Notes under the pieces: model-generated
The model's input: the letters and a program-made list of their open reading frames with translations, nothing else
Told to the model about the DNA's origin: nothing
Databases searched by the model: none
Translations under genes and position numbers: made by a program
Assembly (NCBI GenBank): GCA_024679065.1
Contig: JAGIQG010000005.1
Span: 58,404,001 to 58,468,000, forward strand
Direction: 5' to 3'
Source: Sphyrna mokarran
Taxonomy: Eukaryota
DNA: 64,000 nucleotides
Shown: one piece after another, positions 1 through 11,181 of the stretch
Position numbering within the stretch: position 1 is the first letter of the stretch
How the letters are laid out: every line of letters starts with the position of its first letter

Positions 1-669
1 GGAGTTTATCATTCTCAAAAGCACACAGGCTTTCCACTTTCTTAATGTGACATAATGCATATATGAAATCACATATTTAGGGGCATTTATAACTTATCAT
101 CAATTATCCAAAGATGTGTCAAACACATGCTTACAGCCAAGGTTGAAACAGGGGCAAAAGTGAGCGCCTCATCAATTTGAATTCTGCAGGATAGGTATCT
201 ACACTGGTGGAAGTTGATGATATGACTTATAATGGCCAAACTGACTGCACACAATGGGTCAGCCATTGGTTATCATTGAAATGCAACTACAGCAAGTCTC
301 ATAGAAAGCACAAGTATTCTACCTGGTGGAATGAGCAGACAATCAGTATCAGGGTCATCAACATCTGCAGAACTTAACATCATGACCATATACAAGAATA
401 CCAATGCACTAATTATGGTAGAAGCCAAAAATAATTACATTGAGTCAGTTTGTGACCTACAACAGGAATACTCAGACAGATCGAATACTACAGGACACTT
501 CAGAGGTGATGCTGTACTAAACTTTAGAGAAGATGCAATCCTGCAGATTGACCCTCCTAGACAGTACAGTGTGCACATACAGGGGGAAAGTTAAGAGTGG
601 GTTGGATAACATGGAACATAATGGCATTATCAGTCATGTGCATCAGCAGAAGGACTGATGTAGCTCTAT

Positions 670-796
670 TCAGTATAGAGGAATATGGGCCAAATGTGGA
701 CAACTGGGATTAGCTTAGTGGTTTAAAAAAAAAGGGTGGCATGGAGAAATAGGGCTGAAGGGCTTGTTTCCATATTGTAAACCTCTATGACTCTAT
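670..796 (+). mobile_element. 5'-truncated CR1/HER1-type LINE 3' end inserted in Gypsy RT
   Basis: GGGCTGAAGGGC..TTTCC motif and CTCTATGA-type tail; CTCTAT on both sides (664-669, 791-796). Confidence 0.75.
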
Positions 797-1401
797 CACA
801 TGCATACTGAAAATAGATGGTACATTCCAGGTGTGCTTTGATGTCTAAATCTTACTTTAAAGAAATGCCCACATAATGTACAAAAGTTAGGAATTAAATC
901 CCTAATTCATAGGAACAGTTTTCCTCCAAATTGGATGCCAAACATGGGTAGATTATTTTGGTAGAGGGATCTCAAGATATCATTACTTTTAAAATAAAAT
1001 GCTGAAGGTATTGCTTCTAGTGATTGCTTCTTGGTTTGTTCATCATTGAGGAGCTATTTCAGCAGCAAAATGGACAACATTACTGAAAATGGGTGGATAT
1101 GCATTGCTAATGATATTGGTCATGCCACGTAAAACCAAAGCATGACTGAAATTTACCAATAGTTGCTTATTGTGAATGCCTGACCTTCAAAAGCAGCAAA
1201 TATCTGGTCTATGTTGTCAGGTTGATTTTCTTGGTTCTGTTTATTTGAGTTTTGGGATCTGTCCTGACCCATGACAAATGTGAAAATGTATGGCAATGCC
1301 TAACCTCTAGGACAGAGAGGACTTGCAGAGATGGCTTGGATTATCCAGCTACTTATTACCATATTTTCACAACAGGAGTGACTATTTGACTCTTCCTTCT
1401 G

Positions 1402-1545
1402 GTGGGATCTTCTGGTCCTGTTAATGACAAAACTCCACTGCTGGTTTCCCGATAGGGTGGGGAGGAGGCGGCTTTGGAATAAATGGGAAATCCTATGACA
1501 GCTGTGTGGCAACGGTGGACTGCATCCTGCTGCCCCACCCCCACC
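1402..1545. mobile_element. Short non-autonomous MITE-like element (probably Harbinger-related) within the Gypsy
   Basis: GC-richer insert starting GGTGGGATCTT with internal AATGGGAAATCC; similar short elements at ~22217, ~31792, ~39370 and ~42485. Confidence 0.5.
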
Positions 1546-1562
1546 TTCCCCCATGGCCCCCA

Positions 1563-1563
<1 letters not shown>

Positions 1564-1613
<50 letters not shown>
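1564..1613. repeat. (CA)25 microsatellite
   Basis: Perfect CA dinucleotide run, seen directly. Confidence 0.98.
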
Positions 1614-1615
<2 letters not shown>

Positions 1616-2029
1616 AGAGCATCGCCACTTACAGAGTTTTTAAGGCAGGATGTTTATTTTGTTTTGCAAGAGGACCATCAACACATGTTGAAGTCACTTA
1701 AACAGGCATTGTCAAAGGAAGCGTACATTGCACAATACCAAAATGATCTTAGACATTGATGGATCACAGAAAGATTTCGAAGCATGCATTATACAAGATG
1801 AAAAACTAATTGTACTTTGTTCTAAAAGTCTATCCCAAATGCAATCCAATTATTCAAACAATTCGAGATGTTTGTCTGATATTCAATATCATTAGATTCC
1901 ACACATAACTGCTTGCTAAATGGTTCATTGCGTAAAATAGACCACAAGGCATCAGAAATGATTTGACACAAACCACTGAAGAGTGTACCACTCACCCAGA
2001 CTGCAGCAATCATGATGAGGAGTTGCAGG

Positions 2030-2755
2030 AATTTCCTCACCAGTCTTCTCTCTCTCTTTTCTGTTGTGGGCTTTCTTCTCCAGTGGGGACAAGAGGCGAT
2101 AATTAGAAGCCTGTTGGCTGAGAGCAGATGTCATATGTCGGCATCATGCCTCGACGGGAAGTAGGAAGGGGCTGGGAAAAGGAGCGTCAAAGGGATACAA
2201 GGAAGATGCTGGAGTGCAATGTGCTGTAAGGCCATAGAGTGTCAGGGAGTGGATTGATGTAGACATTCCAGGTGTGACGGATGGGACTGATGCCAAGATG
2301 TGTTAGGCACTCATCCTTGCAGCTCCAATGAGGTCATTCATTTTCTTCCAGTCCTTAGTATCAAGTTGTTGGCACTGACCACTGCAGCCACTGCATTCCA
2401 GGCTGCATTTGCTTCCTTTCTTTGGGTTATCCACCTACTCAGGGGCTACCTCTCCTCCACTGCATCCAGAAGTCTTGCGAGGGCTGCCTCCATGAAGCAT
2501 GGTGCTGTTCTCCACACTGCTATCCTTTCGGCTTGATTGGCTATGAGTGCAGAGGGAGCGTTTAAATGCAGCTCCCCCTTGTTAACACTCCACAGCTGCG
2601 AGCCAGTTCAAGTGAGTCACATGTCCGGGGATTCCACACTGGCGTGTTTCATGTGGAGTTTTTCAGTGCACTCAGTGTAAGATTCATGCCTGACGTATCA
2701 GTGCTGTTCGCATAGGTTTTCTTGCCACCTGTCAGATTTTGGGAAAATTTTGCTC
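2030..2755 (-). mobile_element. PIF/Harbinger-like transposon remnant with a degenerate Myb/SANT-like DNA-binding gene (two exons)
   Basis: Minus strand 2523-2315 reads RTAPCFMEAALARLLDAVEER*...AAWNAVAAVVSANNLILRTG/KKMNDLIGAAR. A second exon at ~2080-2025 reads EKKAHNRKEREKTG. The end GAGCAAAATTTTCCC resembles the terminus GGGCACAATTCTCCC at 35662. Confidence 0.65.
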
Positions 2756-3350
2756 TCAGGAAGGTTATATAATAACGAGATTCAGAAGGATGCATAACTT
2801 ACCCACATATTTTGTAAATTGAAGTGTTGTCATTGAACTAATTCAACAGTTATAGCTTTGCAACTGTCAAGTGTAGTTTTGAGCATTGACATCTTTAAAA
2901 TAAATTATTGGAACCCTTTCTCAGCAAGCTGGAAAAGTAACAATCCCAAACTTAATGACCTCCACAAGATGGGGAAGCAAAAGAATGATAAGAAGCATCG
3001 AATTTGGCCTTCAGTGAGTTAAATTACAACTACAGCCTGTATAATGTTGCTTATTAGGATTTATGATATAAAGGTGATAACCAAAAGATATAAATATGTT
3101 GCGCAGCCTTGGTCCCAGGCAGGCAATCTGTAGGAGCAGTGCTACATCTCCCAAGCATTATTTCTGAATATAGTTTCAGTTATAGCAATTTATATACTTG
3201 AGTGGTTTCAATCTTTTGCCACATTTAAATAGTTAAACTCTTCTATAATGAAGGGACTATTGTTTGTGTGAGCATTTTTTTGCAATCAACCTGCTATGCA
3301 TTTATATTTCCTTTTGTTATCTGTGTTGTCATTTCTACAAAGTATGGGAA

Positions 3351-4124
3351 TGTTAAGATATTGCTCCAAGAGGGTATAGAACCAATGTACATGTCATTGT
3401 GGAATCAGGAGGTGAACAAAGAACAAAGAACAAAGAACAAAGAACAAAACAGCACGGGAAACAGGCCCTTTGGCCCAATGACCCTGCGCCACCACCCTGA
3501 TGTTGCCACCTCTACCTGTGATCCCTGCCTATGTTTATAGACCTATGGATTAAAAACCAAATTTGAGACAATTTAGGGAGCATTTGTTTTGCCAATAAGC
3601 CTAAGAGCACATCTTTGGGATGTGGGAGGAAACCGGAGCACCCGGAGATAACCCACGCAAGCACGGGGACAATGCGCAAACGCCCACAGACACAGGCCCA
3701 AATCCATGTATCTGCACAGCACAGCGATAGTCACTGAGCTGTCGTGTTGCCCATCAAATGGTCCAGGTCAAGCGTACACTAACGACGTGAAGCACTAGGA
3801 TACTCTCGAAAAAAATCTGAGAGCAGCCCTCTTACGACCCATCGCGTGTATGCCCCTTGTTAGACAACAAGGTGGATCAAAGCACCTGTAGGATAAAAAC
3901 AAGTACATCAGTATTATGATCTGAGAAGCAGCATGTGACCAGCAAGCTAAGTTGCTATTGCTGTTACTGATGGTAGTTGTAATGTTGAATCCCCAGAGTT
4001 GGCCTTTGTACTAAACTCTCCTGTAGCGGATATATTAATTCTAGTCTTCAAATAAATGTAACTTAGTTTACCAATCCTTTATGTATGATTGTTGAACTTG
4101 CATAAAGAAGCCAGAAACACAACA
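3351..4124 (+). mobile_element. Probable 3' LTR of the upstream Gypsy element (interrupted by a SINE)
   Basis: Begins TGTT after a purine-rich tract (AAAGTATGGGAA), ends AACA, AATAAA near 4050. No second LTR in the window to confirm. Confidence 0.5.
3415..3752 (-). mobile_element. HE1-like tRNA-derived SINE with (TTTGTTC)n CR1-type tail
   Basis: Core GGGAGGAAACCGGAGCACCCGGAG..ACCCACGCA; (GAACAAA)n tail followed by ACAGCACGGGAAACAGGCCC, as in the CR1 tail at ~26525. Confidence 0.85.
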
Positions 4125-5734
4125 GGTAGATGATGGCCACATGGTGTGGACCAGCTTGCAAGGTGCCCTGAGACTGAATTCATCGCAGAATAATAATAGT
4201 CTTATGGCAGAGGACAGTTTTAAAGGCTGATTAGGCACATTTTACATCTCAACAGAGCATAGTTCACATTGCCAATTGTAAGGAAATCCTTCAGGACTGC
4301 TATTGCCAAAATAAAGATGAGTCACCAACAACATGTAAAAGCAATGATCTATCAGCTGGTGAGCAGATTGGGAAGAATGTTTGACTGGAACACTGAGTCT
4401 CTTAGCTTTGGAAACATATGTTATCTTGCACCTCTGTGTCTCTGAATTAATGAAGCGGGTTATTCTTGGATCTCTTCCCCAGGTGCAATCATCAACAAGG
4501 AAGAAGACATCTTTGATTAGAGACATGAAAACATTCTGATGCATCCAACGCATCATTCATTCAGGTTGGCACATAAAAGGGATCACAATATCAGCCGTGT
4601 TTAGATGAAAACACAGAACTTCAATGCAACTAGGAAACTGAGCAGGAGAATAAACAATTCAAAATGGATCTGCCCACATGAGCAGAAAGGACTCCCCCTT
4701 CCTTTGGTGAGCTTTCTGCACAAAGCCCAATCCACACTAAGTGTTGACCATGAAGAAAGGCCAAAATTAGGAGGTTCAGAAGAATTGGCCATTTCTAATT
4801 CATGAAAGCGCTCCTGGAACTGGTTATCCAACCAAAGCATTGAGATTGATTTGTCACTGCTCCATTGTCACACGGTGCCAGGACACAAGTATGCAGTGAG
4901 CCTCAGGAACCTAATGCATGAAGTTGGTAATTTGAGGTCAGGCATTAACTCATGTGATAGCAGATTTATGTGGATCACTGACTAAACCTAGTTGACATTC
5001 TTGTAAAAGTAATGAAGAAGCATTTTGCTTGGGGATCAGTGAGGAAACTGGTGCAAATTCTGCAGATGAAATAAGAAAATAGTAAAAAGGAGTGATTGAC
5101 AAAGAGGTGTTTGTTATCTGTTGGGCAAATGCAATCACAGTAACTATTAATGCAATTATGCATTGACATTGTTATACAAATTATTTAGATTTATCTAATG
5201 ACTAGAGTTATAGCTGTGTCTAGCTGAAGCTCTTCCAGAAACTATAACCTAAAGTTGCATTGCAAGTGATGAACCAGGGAAGTTACTATAGACTGAAACT
5301 GTCAGAATATTTTTTGTCTCTTCCAATTGAATGGAGTTACTATGGACCTTAGTTGTCAAACTGCAGGATCTCAGTTGGCTTTCACTGCCTTGTATAAAGA
5401 TTCATTGGAATGGAAAAATTACAGTGTGGTATTCTAGAATGGAATAGTTAGATTGAAGAAACGTCAGTGTGCAGATTACTCTGTGGAAGAGATGAATGAT
5501 AATTTTCAAATTATAATTTGAACTCTTAATAACATTATTTAATCTGATAATCTATAAAACTGGTAATTAATTTAACCCTTTGCATTATAGTTGGCAATTA
5601 TAAATTCTGCATTCTACAGAGCAGATAGTCAAAGAGGACTTCACTGAGGTATAAAAATAGCAAACTGCATAGTTACATTTAGAATATCACTTCAAAATGA
5701 AATGAGAGGAAATACATTTAAATTGGTGAGAACA

Positions 5735-6530
5735 GCAGCATTATGATTATGTTCCTGGACTAATAATCCAGAAGCCTGTACCAATGATCAGAGAAATTAG
5801 TTCAAATGCCATCACTGCAAAAGTTAATTTCTTTCAACTTAATGAACATGGAATATAATTGTAGAATCCCTATTAGAATCAATGCAGAAAAGGCTATTTG
5901 ATCCATCAAGTTTGCACTGAGTCTCTGGCAGAGTATCTTATCCAGGCCCTTTCCCTCGCCCTACCCCCATAATCCAACATACTTACCATGGCTAATCCAT
6001 CTAACCTACAAATCTTACGGGGAAATTTTACCATGGCCAAGCCATCTGAGCTGTCCATCTTTGGACTGTTGGCAGAAACTGTTGGCACCCAGAAGGAATA
6101 CATGCAGAAATGGGGAGAATGTGCAAATTCCACACAGACAGTCACCCAAGGCATCACAATAATGATGACCACAAAACTGCCAGATTTCTATAAAAGCCCA
6201 ACTGGTTCTGTAATATCCTTTAGGTAAAAACATTTGCCAGTCTTACACAAACTGATCTATCTGTAATTCCAGAGCTATATTCGAGTGGTTGACTTTAACT
6301 GGCTACCTGTTGCACCAAATGGCTATGACAAAACTAAAACCAAATGGACCAACCAGCACCTAACGATCTATCAGTTGAGAGACAACAAATGCAGGCATAA
6401 CTCAGTCGACATTGCAAAATCCTCCTTGCTAATGCCTGGCAACTGGTGCCAGAACTGGGGGATCTGTCTTACAGAATAATTAAACAACAGGCTGGCAATG
6501 TCCCAGGCTGTCACGATGAACAGCATCTCT
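5735..6530 (+). mobile_element. tRNA-like head + SINE body running into the N-terminus of an APE endonuclease ('family B' LINE 5' end), interrupted by an HE1 SINE
   Basis: Head TGGACTAATAATCCAGA..AGTTCAAATGCC (5756-5810); body resumes ~6155; then CKILLANAWQLVPELGDLSYRIIKQQ (~6413-6490). Confidence 0.65.
5862..6150 (-). mobile_element. HE1-like SINE, CR1-type tail
   Basis: TAGAATCCCTA tail; core GGGGAGAATGTGCAAATTCCACACAGACAGTCACCCAAGG. Confidence 0.85.
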
Positions 6531-6621
6531 ATTGTGGAAGAAATCCTGGAAATGGCCAAAATTCCTAAAGACCTACTCCTGAATCTTGCATTTCCCATCT
6601 TTGTGGAGTTGAGACTGGAGT

Positions 6622-6912
6622 TTTTAAAGTTTATTTATTTATTAGTGTCACAAGTATGTTTCCATTAGCCCTGCAATGAACTTACTGAGAAAATCCCCTA
6701 GTTGCCACACTCCGGCACCTGTTCAGGTACACCGAGGAAGAATTTAGTATGGCCAATGCACCTAAGCAGCACATGTTTCAGACTGTGAGAGGAAACTGGA
6801 GCAACCAGAGAAAGCCCGCACAGACAAAGGGAGAATGTGCAGACCCCACAAACACAGTGATCCAAGCCGGGAATTGAACCCAGGTCCCTGATCACCATTC
6901 TACTGTGCTGCC
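6622..6912 (-). mobile_element. HE1-like SINE, alternative (Rex1-like) tail
   Basis: B-box CCGGGAATTGAACCCAGG, HE1 core, tail AAAGTTTATTTATT..AGTGTCACAAGTA. Confidence 0.9.
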
Positions 6913-7410
6913 CAGAATTGGGTCGATGCTTGTGATCTATGATTAACAGAGGCAGCTGCCTCCATTAAAGTGAGATGTTTGGAAGAATAAAATTGTGGAA
7001 TGTGGAAGGTGCAGATTTGAACTCATTTCTTAGTTCATTAAGACAGGCTTTATTAATCCAGGAACACAACCATGAATGGTTATAGATAGCTAGGATACGC
7101 CTTTGAAAAATTAAGTTACCTCTTTGGATATAGTTTTAGAACACCTTTGTAGCTGTACAGTACATTTTCAGAAAGGTCAGTCACGCTTTGCGAGGTACCC
7201 TCTAAGATTGTTAAATGTGAACATGAAACATGATTATGCACTTTTTACAGAGACTCATTGGAACTGTCAAGCTGGAAAAGACATCCAGGCACTATGCAGC
7301 TGTCAAGGAAGTGTCTACTAGTCAAGGAAATGTTACAGTGCTGTCTAGCCATCACCAGGCTTGGGCACACATGTCCAGTTGAAGATAACAGCTTTCCAGA
7401 GGAGTATCTG

Positions 7411-7862
7411 CTGCAAGACTGATGGGGTCCATTTTGGTTTTGAGGCAAAAATTGAGCCTTCGGTTGAGAACTTCAACTTCATCTATAGTCCGACAAATTG
7501 ACAATATACTTCCCTGCGGTATACTGTTATCTACTGTGGTGCCAGGAGAGGCTTGGTTGTTGCTGGTGGTGATTCCGAATTTCTCAAGTTTTCTGTTCTT
7601 GGTATGTATGTAGATGATGTAGTTTCTTTGTGTCATCTGCTTGGCAGAGTTTCGCAACTGATCTGCGTCCTGAGCGCAAGTTAAGAATATGGATTCTATC
7701 TTGGTTTTCAGGATGCGGTGTTTGCTGTGGAGCTGATGTATGAAGTAGTTGAGGAGTGTGAGAGAGGTGCGACGGCAAAGTATCTCAGCGTAGTTTGTGT
7801 TATAGGTTGACCTGAGTGGTTTCGTGATCTGTAGTCCTTTCGGTATCTTATCTTCTTTCTTG
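7411..7862 (-). mobile_element. Penelope-like element, inverted N-terminal ORF segment
   Basis: Minus strand reads ...KNRKLEKFGITT...EVEVLNRRLNFCLKTKMDPISLAADT, resembling the PLE pre-RT LxxGLxF region; directly abuts the plus-strand RT. Confidence 0.6.
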
Positions 7863-9520
7863 CATTTGAACCAAAGGTACTCCTTGTCACAATGGATGTC
7901 TCAGCGCTGTACGCCAGCATCCCTCACAATGATGGCATTGCTGCAACTGCCTCAGTACTCAACACCAACAACGGCCAGTTTTCAGATGCAATTTTACAAC
8001 TCATCTGCTTCATCCGGGACCACAATGTCTTCACCTTCAACAACCAGTCCTTCATCCAGACATATGGAACAGCCATGTGAATGAAATTCGCAATCAAAAT
8101 GCCAACATCTTCACGCACAGGCTTGAACAAGACTTCTTCAACACACAGGATCTTCAACCGATGCTATACACTAGATACATAGATGACATTTTCTTCTTTT
8201 GGACTCATGGTGAACAATCACTGAAACAACTATATGACGACATCAACAAGTTCCATCCCACTACCAAACTCATCATGGATTATTCTCCAGAATCGGTTGC
8301 ATTCTTGGATACATGCATCTCTATCAATGACGGTCACCTCAGCACCTCACTGTACTGCATGCCCACAGATAATTTCACGATGCTCCACTTCTCCAGCTTC
8401 CAACCTAAACACGCTAAAGAAGCCATCCCCTACAGACAAACCCTTCGTATACATAGGATCTGCTCAGATGAGGAGGATTGCAACAGACACCTCCAAACGT
8501 TGAAAGATGTGCTCATAAGAACAAGATATGATGCTCAACTCATTGATTGAAAAACCGCACAATCTCCTCAGAAGACAAACATAGGACACAGTGGACAGAG
8601 TACCCTTCGTCACCCAGTACTTCCCTGGAGTGGAGAAGCTACGACATCTTCTTCGGAGCCTTTGACATGTCATTGATGAGGACGAATATCTTGCCAAGGC
8701 CATCCCTATACCCCTACTTCTTGCCTTCAAAGAACCATATAACCTCAAACAGACCACTGTCCGCAGCAAACTATCCAGCCTTCAGGAGAACGGTGACCAC
8801 AACACCACACAACCCTGCCACAGCAACCTCTGCAAGACATGCTGGATCATCGAAAAAGTTGCCATCATCTCACGTGAGAACACCATCCACCAGACACACG
8901 GCACATACTGTTGCAACTCAGCCAACATTGTCCACTGGATATGTTGCAAGAAAGGACGTCCCAAGGCATGGTACACTGGGGAGACCACACAGATCCTACG
9001 ACAACGGATGAATGAGTACTGCTCGACAATCACCAGACAAGACCTGTTGGCGAGCAATTCAGTGGTCATGGGTATTTGGCCTCTGATCTTGAGGTAAATG
9101 TTCTCCAAGGCGGCCTTCACAACATATAACAGTGCAGAGTTGCTGAGTAGAAATTGATAATCAAGTTCCGCACACATGAGGATAGCCTCAACCGGGATCT
9201 TGGGTTCACATCACATTATCTGTAACCCCCATGATATGCCTGGGCTTGCAACATCTCACTTACTGTCCTGTCTGGAGACAATACACAACTCTTTAACTTA
9301 TGCTTATTGCGATCCCCACTCACGTTGTCTACCCCTTTAAGAATTGATTAGCTATAAAGACTCGTATTCTAATCAGTATTCTGTAAACTGAGTGCCTTCA
9401 TATGCCCTGTTAATGACCAGAACTCTCTAGTCACCTGACAAAGGGGCAGAACCTGAGAGGTAGTGGGTTTACTATCAAATAAACCTGTTAGATTTTAACC
9501 TAGTGTTGTGAGACTTCTTA
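7863..9520 (+). mobile_element. Penelope-like element: RT, GIY-YIG endonuclease and 3' pLTR (pseudogenised)
   Basis: TMDVSALYASIPH, GTAM, YTRYIDDIF, Cys/His linker and VHWICCKKGRPKAWYTGET (GIY-YIG). 3' end AAATAAACCTGTTAGATTTTAACCTAGTGTTGTGAGACTTCTTA is shared with the copies at 19108 and 48156. Confidence 0.92.
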
Positions 9521-10360
9521 TGGTCGCTCCACAAGACAGGGGCCCATCTTGACACCTGAAAAATGCCAGCAGAGGAAAAGGTTGCTGCTAGTGGGCCAAT
9601 TGATTGGAACAGTTGGTAGCGTAAAACTTTAGTTGGCAGATAGCCAGCCATAAAATTGTTGCTTCTGCCTTTGAAAATATCCAGTGGATATGTGAAAACA
9701 GTGGGCTTCCTTTCTGATGCTGTTTTATGAGTCCTTCCTCCTCCTAGCCTGTTTGCCAGAGGGCTGGTAAAATTCTGGATGGGAGAAGAGGAGAAAATTG
9801 ATCAGAAATCAAGTGTAAGAATGGATTAAAAACAGTTGTTGAAGTTAATTGCGGATTACTGAAAGGTTTTGAGAGTAACAAAGCTGGATACACCTACGTG
9901 ATATTGTCTGTGAATAAAAGCTCAAGTACCAAGGGACACACATAATGGAAACTCAGACTGCCAACATTCACACACTAGACAATGACAAAAATAAATGCAT
10001 TACATTTGATTAGAATATTGTGCTGAGTATTTAGTTGTCATTGCTGTTAATCCAAAAGCATTTTCATCATGTTTTTCATGGCTTTGTTATGCTGGTAAAC
10101 AACTTGTATTCTAAGGTTTTATCAGGATAAAGCAAAGCAGCAGGTAGCAGCTGACTATTATTCTGTAAACCTTGAACAGCATTGTATTGTAAGGCTGTCA
10201 TTGCTTGGCCCAGCACTGATCATGTGGGACAATAATTCAGCTTTGTAACATGATTGTTGTTGTCTCTTTTCTCTGGGTTTGCTGCATGGCCAAGGGAAAA
10301 ATGGTTACACAGCCTCCGAGTCAGCTGCAGAACGGGTGGCTGCATCCAAATTCAGGTTTC

Positions 10361-10377
10361 AGGTCACACTCAGGTCA
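10361..10377 (+). promoter_or_regulatory. Perfect DR5 nuclear-receptor element (candidate RARE): AGGTCA-cactc-AGGTCA
   Basis: Exact consensus half-sites with a 5-nt spacer in apparently non-repetitive sequence; extra AGGTTT half-site 1 nt upstream. Function untested. Confidence 0.45.
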
Positions 10378-11181
10378 AGGGAGACAAACGCGCTTCTTAT
10401 TTTCAACAGTCACTTCACAGGCTGCTGGAGTTCCAAAAAAATTGAATGGAGCGTGTTTGACTCCTGGCAATGGACTAGTGACCTGTTGTAGGAATAAATA
10501 GCTATGAAAATAGGTGACAGCCTGTCTTACTGTGCCACTAGGAGTGGCAAGAGAATTGGAATTGCAATGTTTGGCTCAGATTTTTCCTAATTTGACATCA
10601 GAGTCCCAAAACATAGTGTAGATAAAGTGCTGTCTACCTGTTTTAAGCTGGTATCTGGGTATTTGGCAATTATCAGCTGCCAATTTGTGGTAATTGAACA
10701 AGAATAATACTGTCTAAAATTGTTCCCCTAATCTTGATTTTTTTCCAGAAATCAGGTGCCATGTATACCAAATTCAACCCCACTGCTGTCTGTCTTGGTT
10801 TTGCGCACATGCCAAAAACATTGCACTGCCAGAACCACTTGGTACAACATGTATTGACCAACAAAGTGAAATACAAAGATAAGAAAAGAAAAAGTGATTT
10901 GGGCAATGGTGTCTCAAATGGTGTCTAAAAATCTTTTCCTTTCCATAAATAACTTGCTGCTATAACATATGGGCAGGTAGGTGAGAATGTAAATGCTGGA
11001 AGTTTGCTTAGATGTAAAAATTACAATTTCCAGAGGTAATTTTAATAACATTTTGGAGGATGCAGTAGCTGTCAGTATAAGATTCAACTAGAAAATTGGA
11101 TGAGACCTGAAATGGATAGAAACTTTTTTCTAGTTCTTGACTTTTCTAACAGTTCCATGCTCATTAATCAGATACCAATGA

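Larger units (their letters stand above)
1..2030 (+). mobile_element. Decayed Ty3/Gypsy LTR retrotransposon pol (protease-RT-RNase H), interrupted by a CR1 tail, a MITE and a (CA)n repeat
   Basis: Degenerate motifs in Gypsy order: protease-like AKVETGA (~135-155), RT SKLDAKHG (~925-948), RYCF..L..GL (~1005-1040), CIA(N/D)DI (~1100-1118), RNase H-like region ending in a PRLQ..MM-like stretch (~1790-2025). Many stops and frameshifts. Confidence 0.8.

Noticed and set aside
1300-1759. ORFs with CVCVCV / HTHTHT runs
   Set aside because: Translation of the (CA)25 microsatellite.
3415-3447. (GAACAAA)n and (TAGAACA)n short repeats as a CRISPR-like array
   Set aside because: LINE/SINE 3' terminal microsatellites with no spacers; vertebrate context.
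4130-5200. Several short overlapping ORFs in unassigned sequence
   Set aside because: No motifs recognised on either strand; cannot assign.
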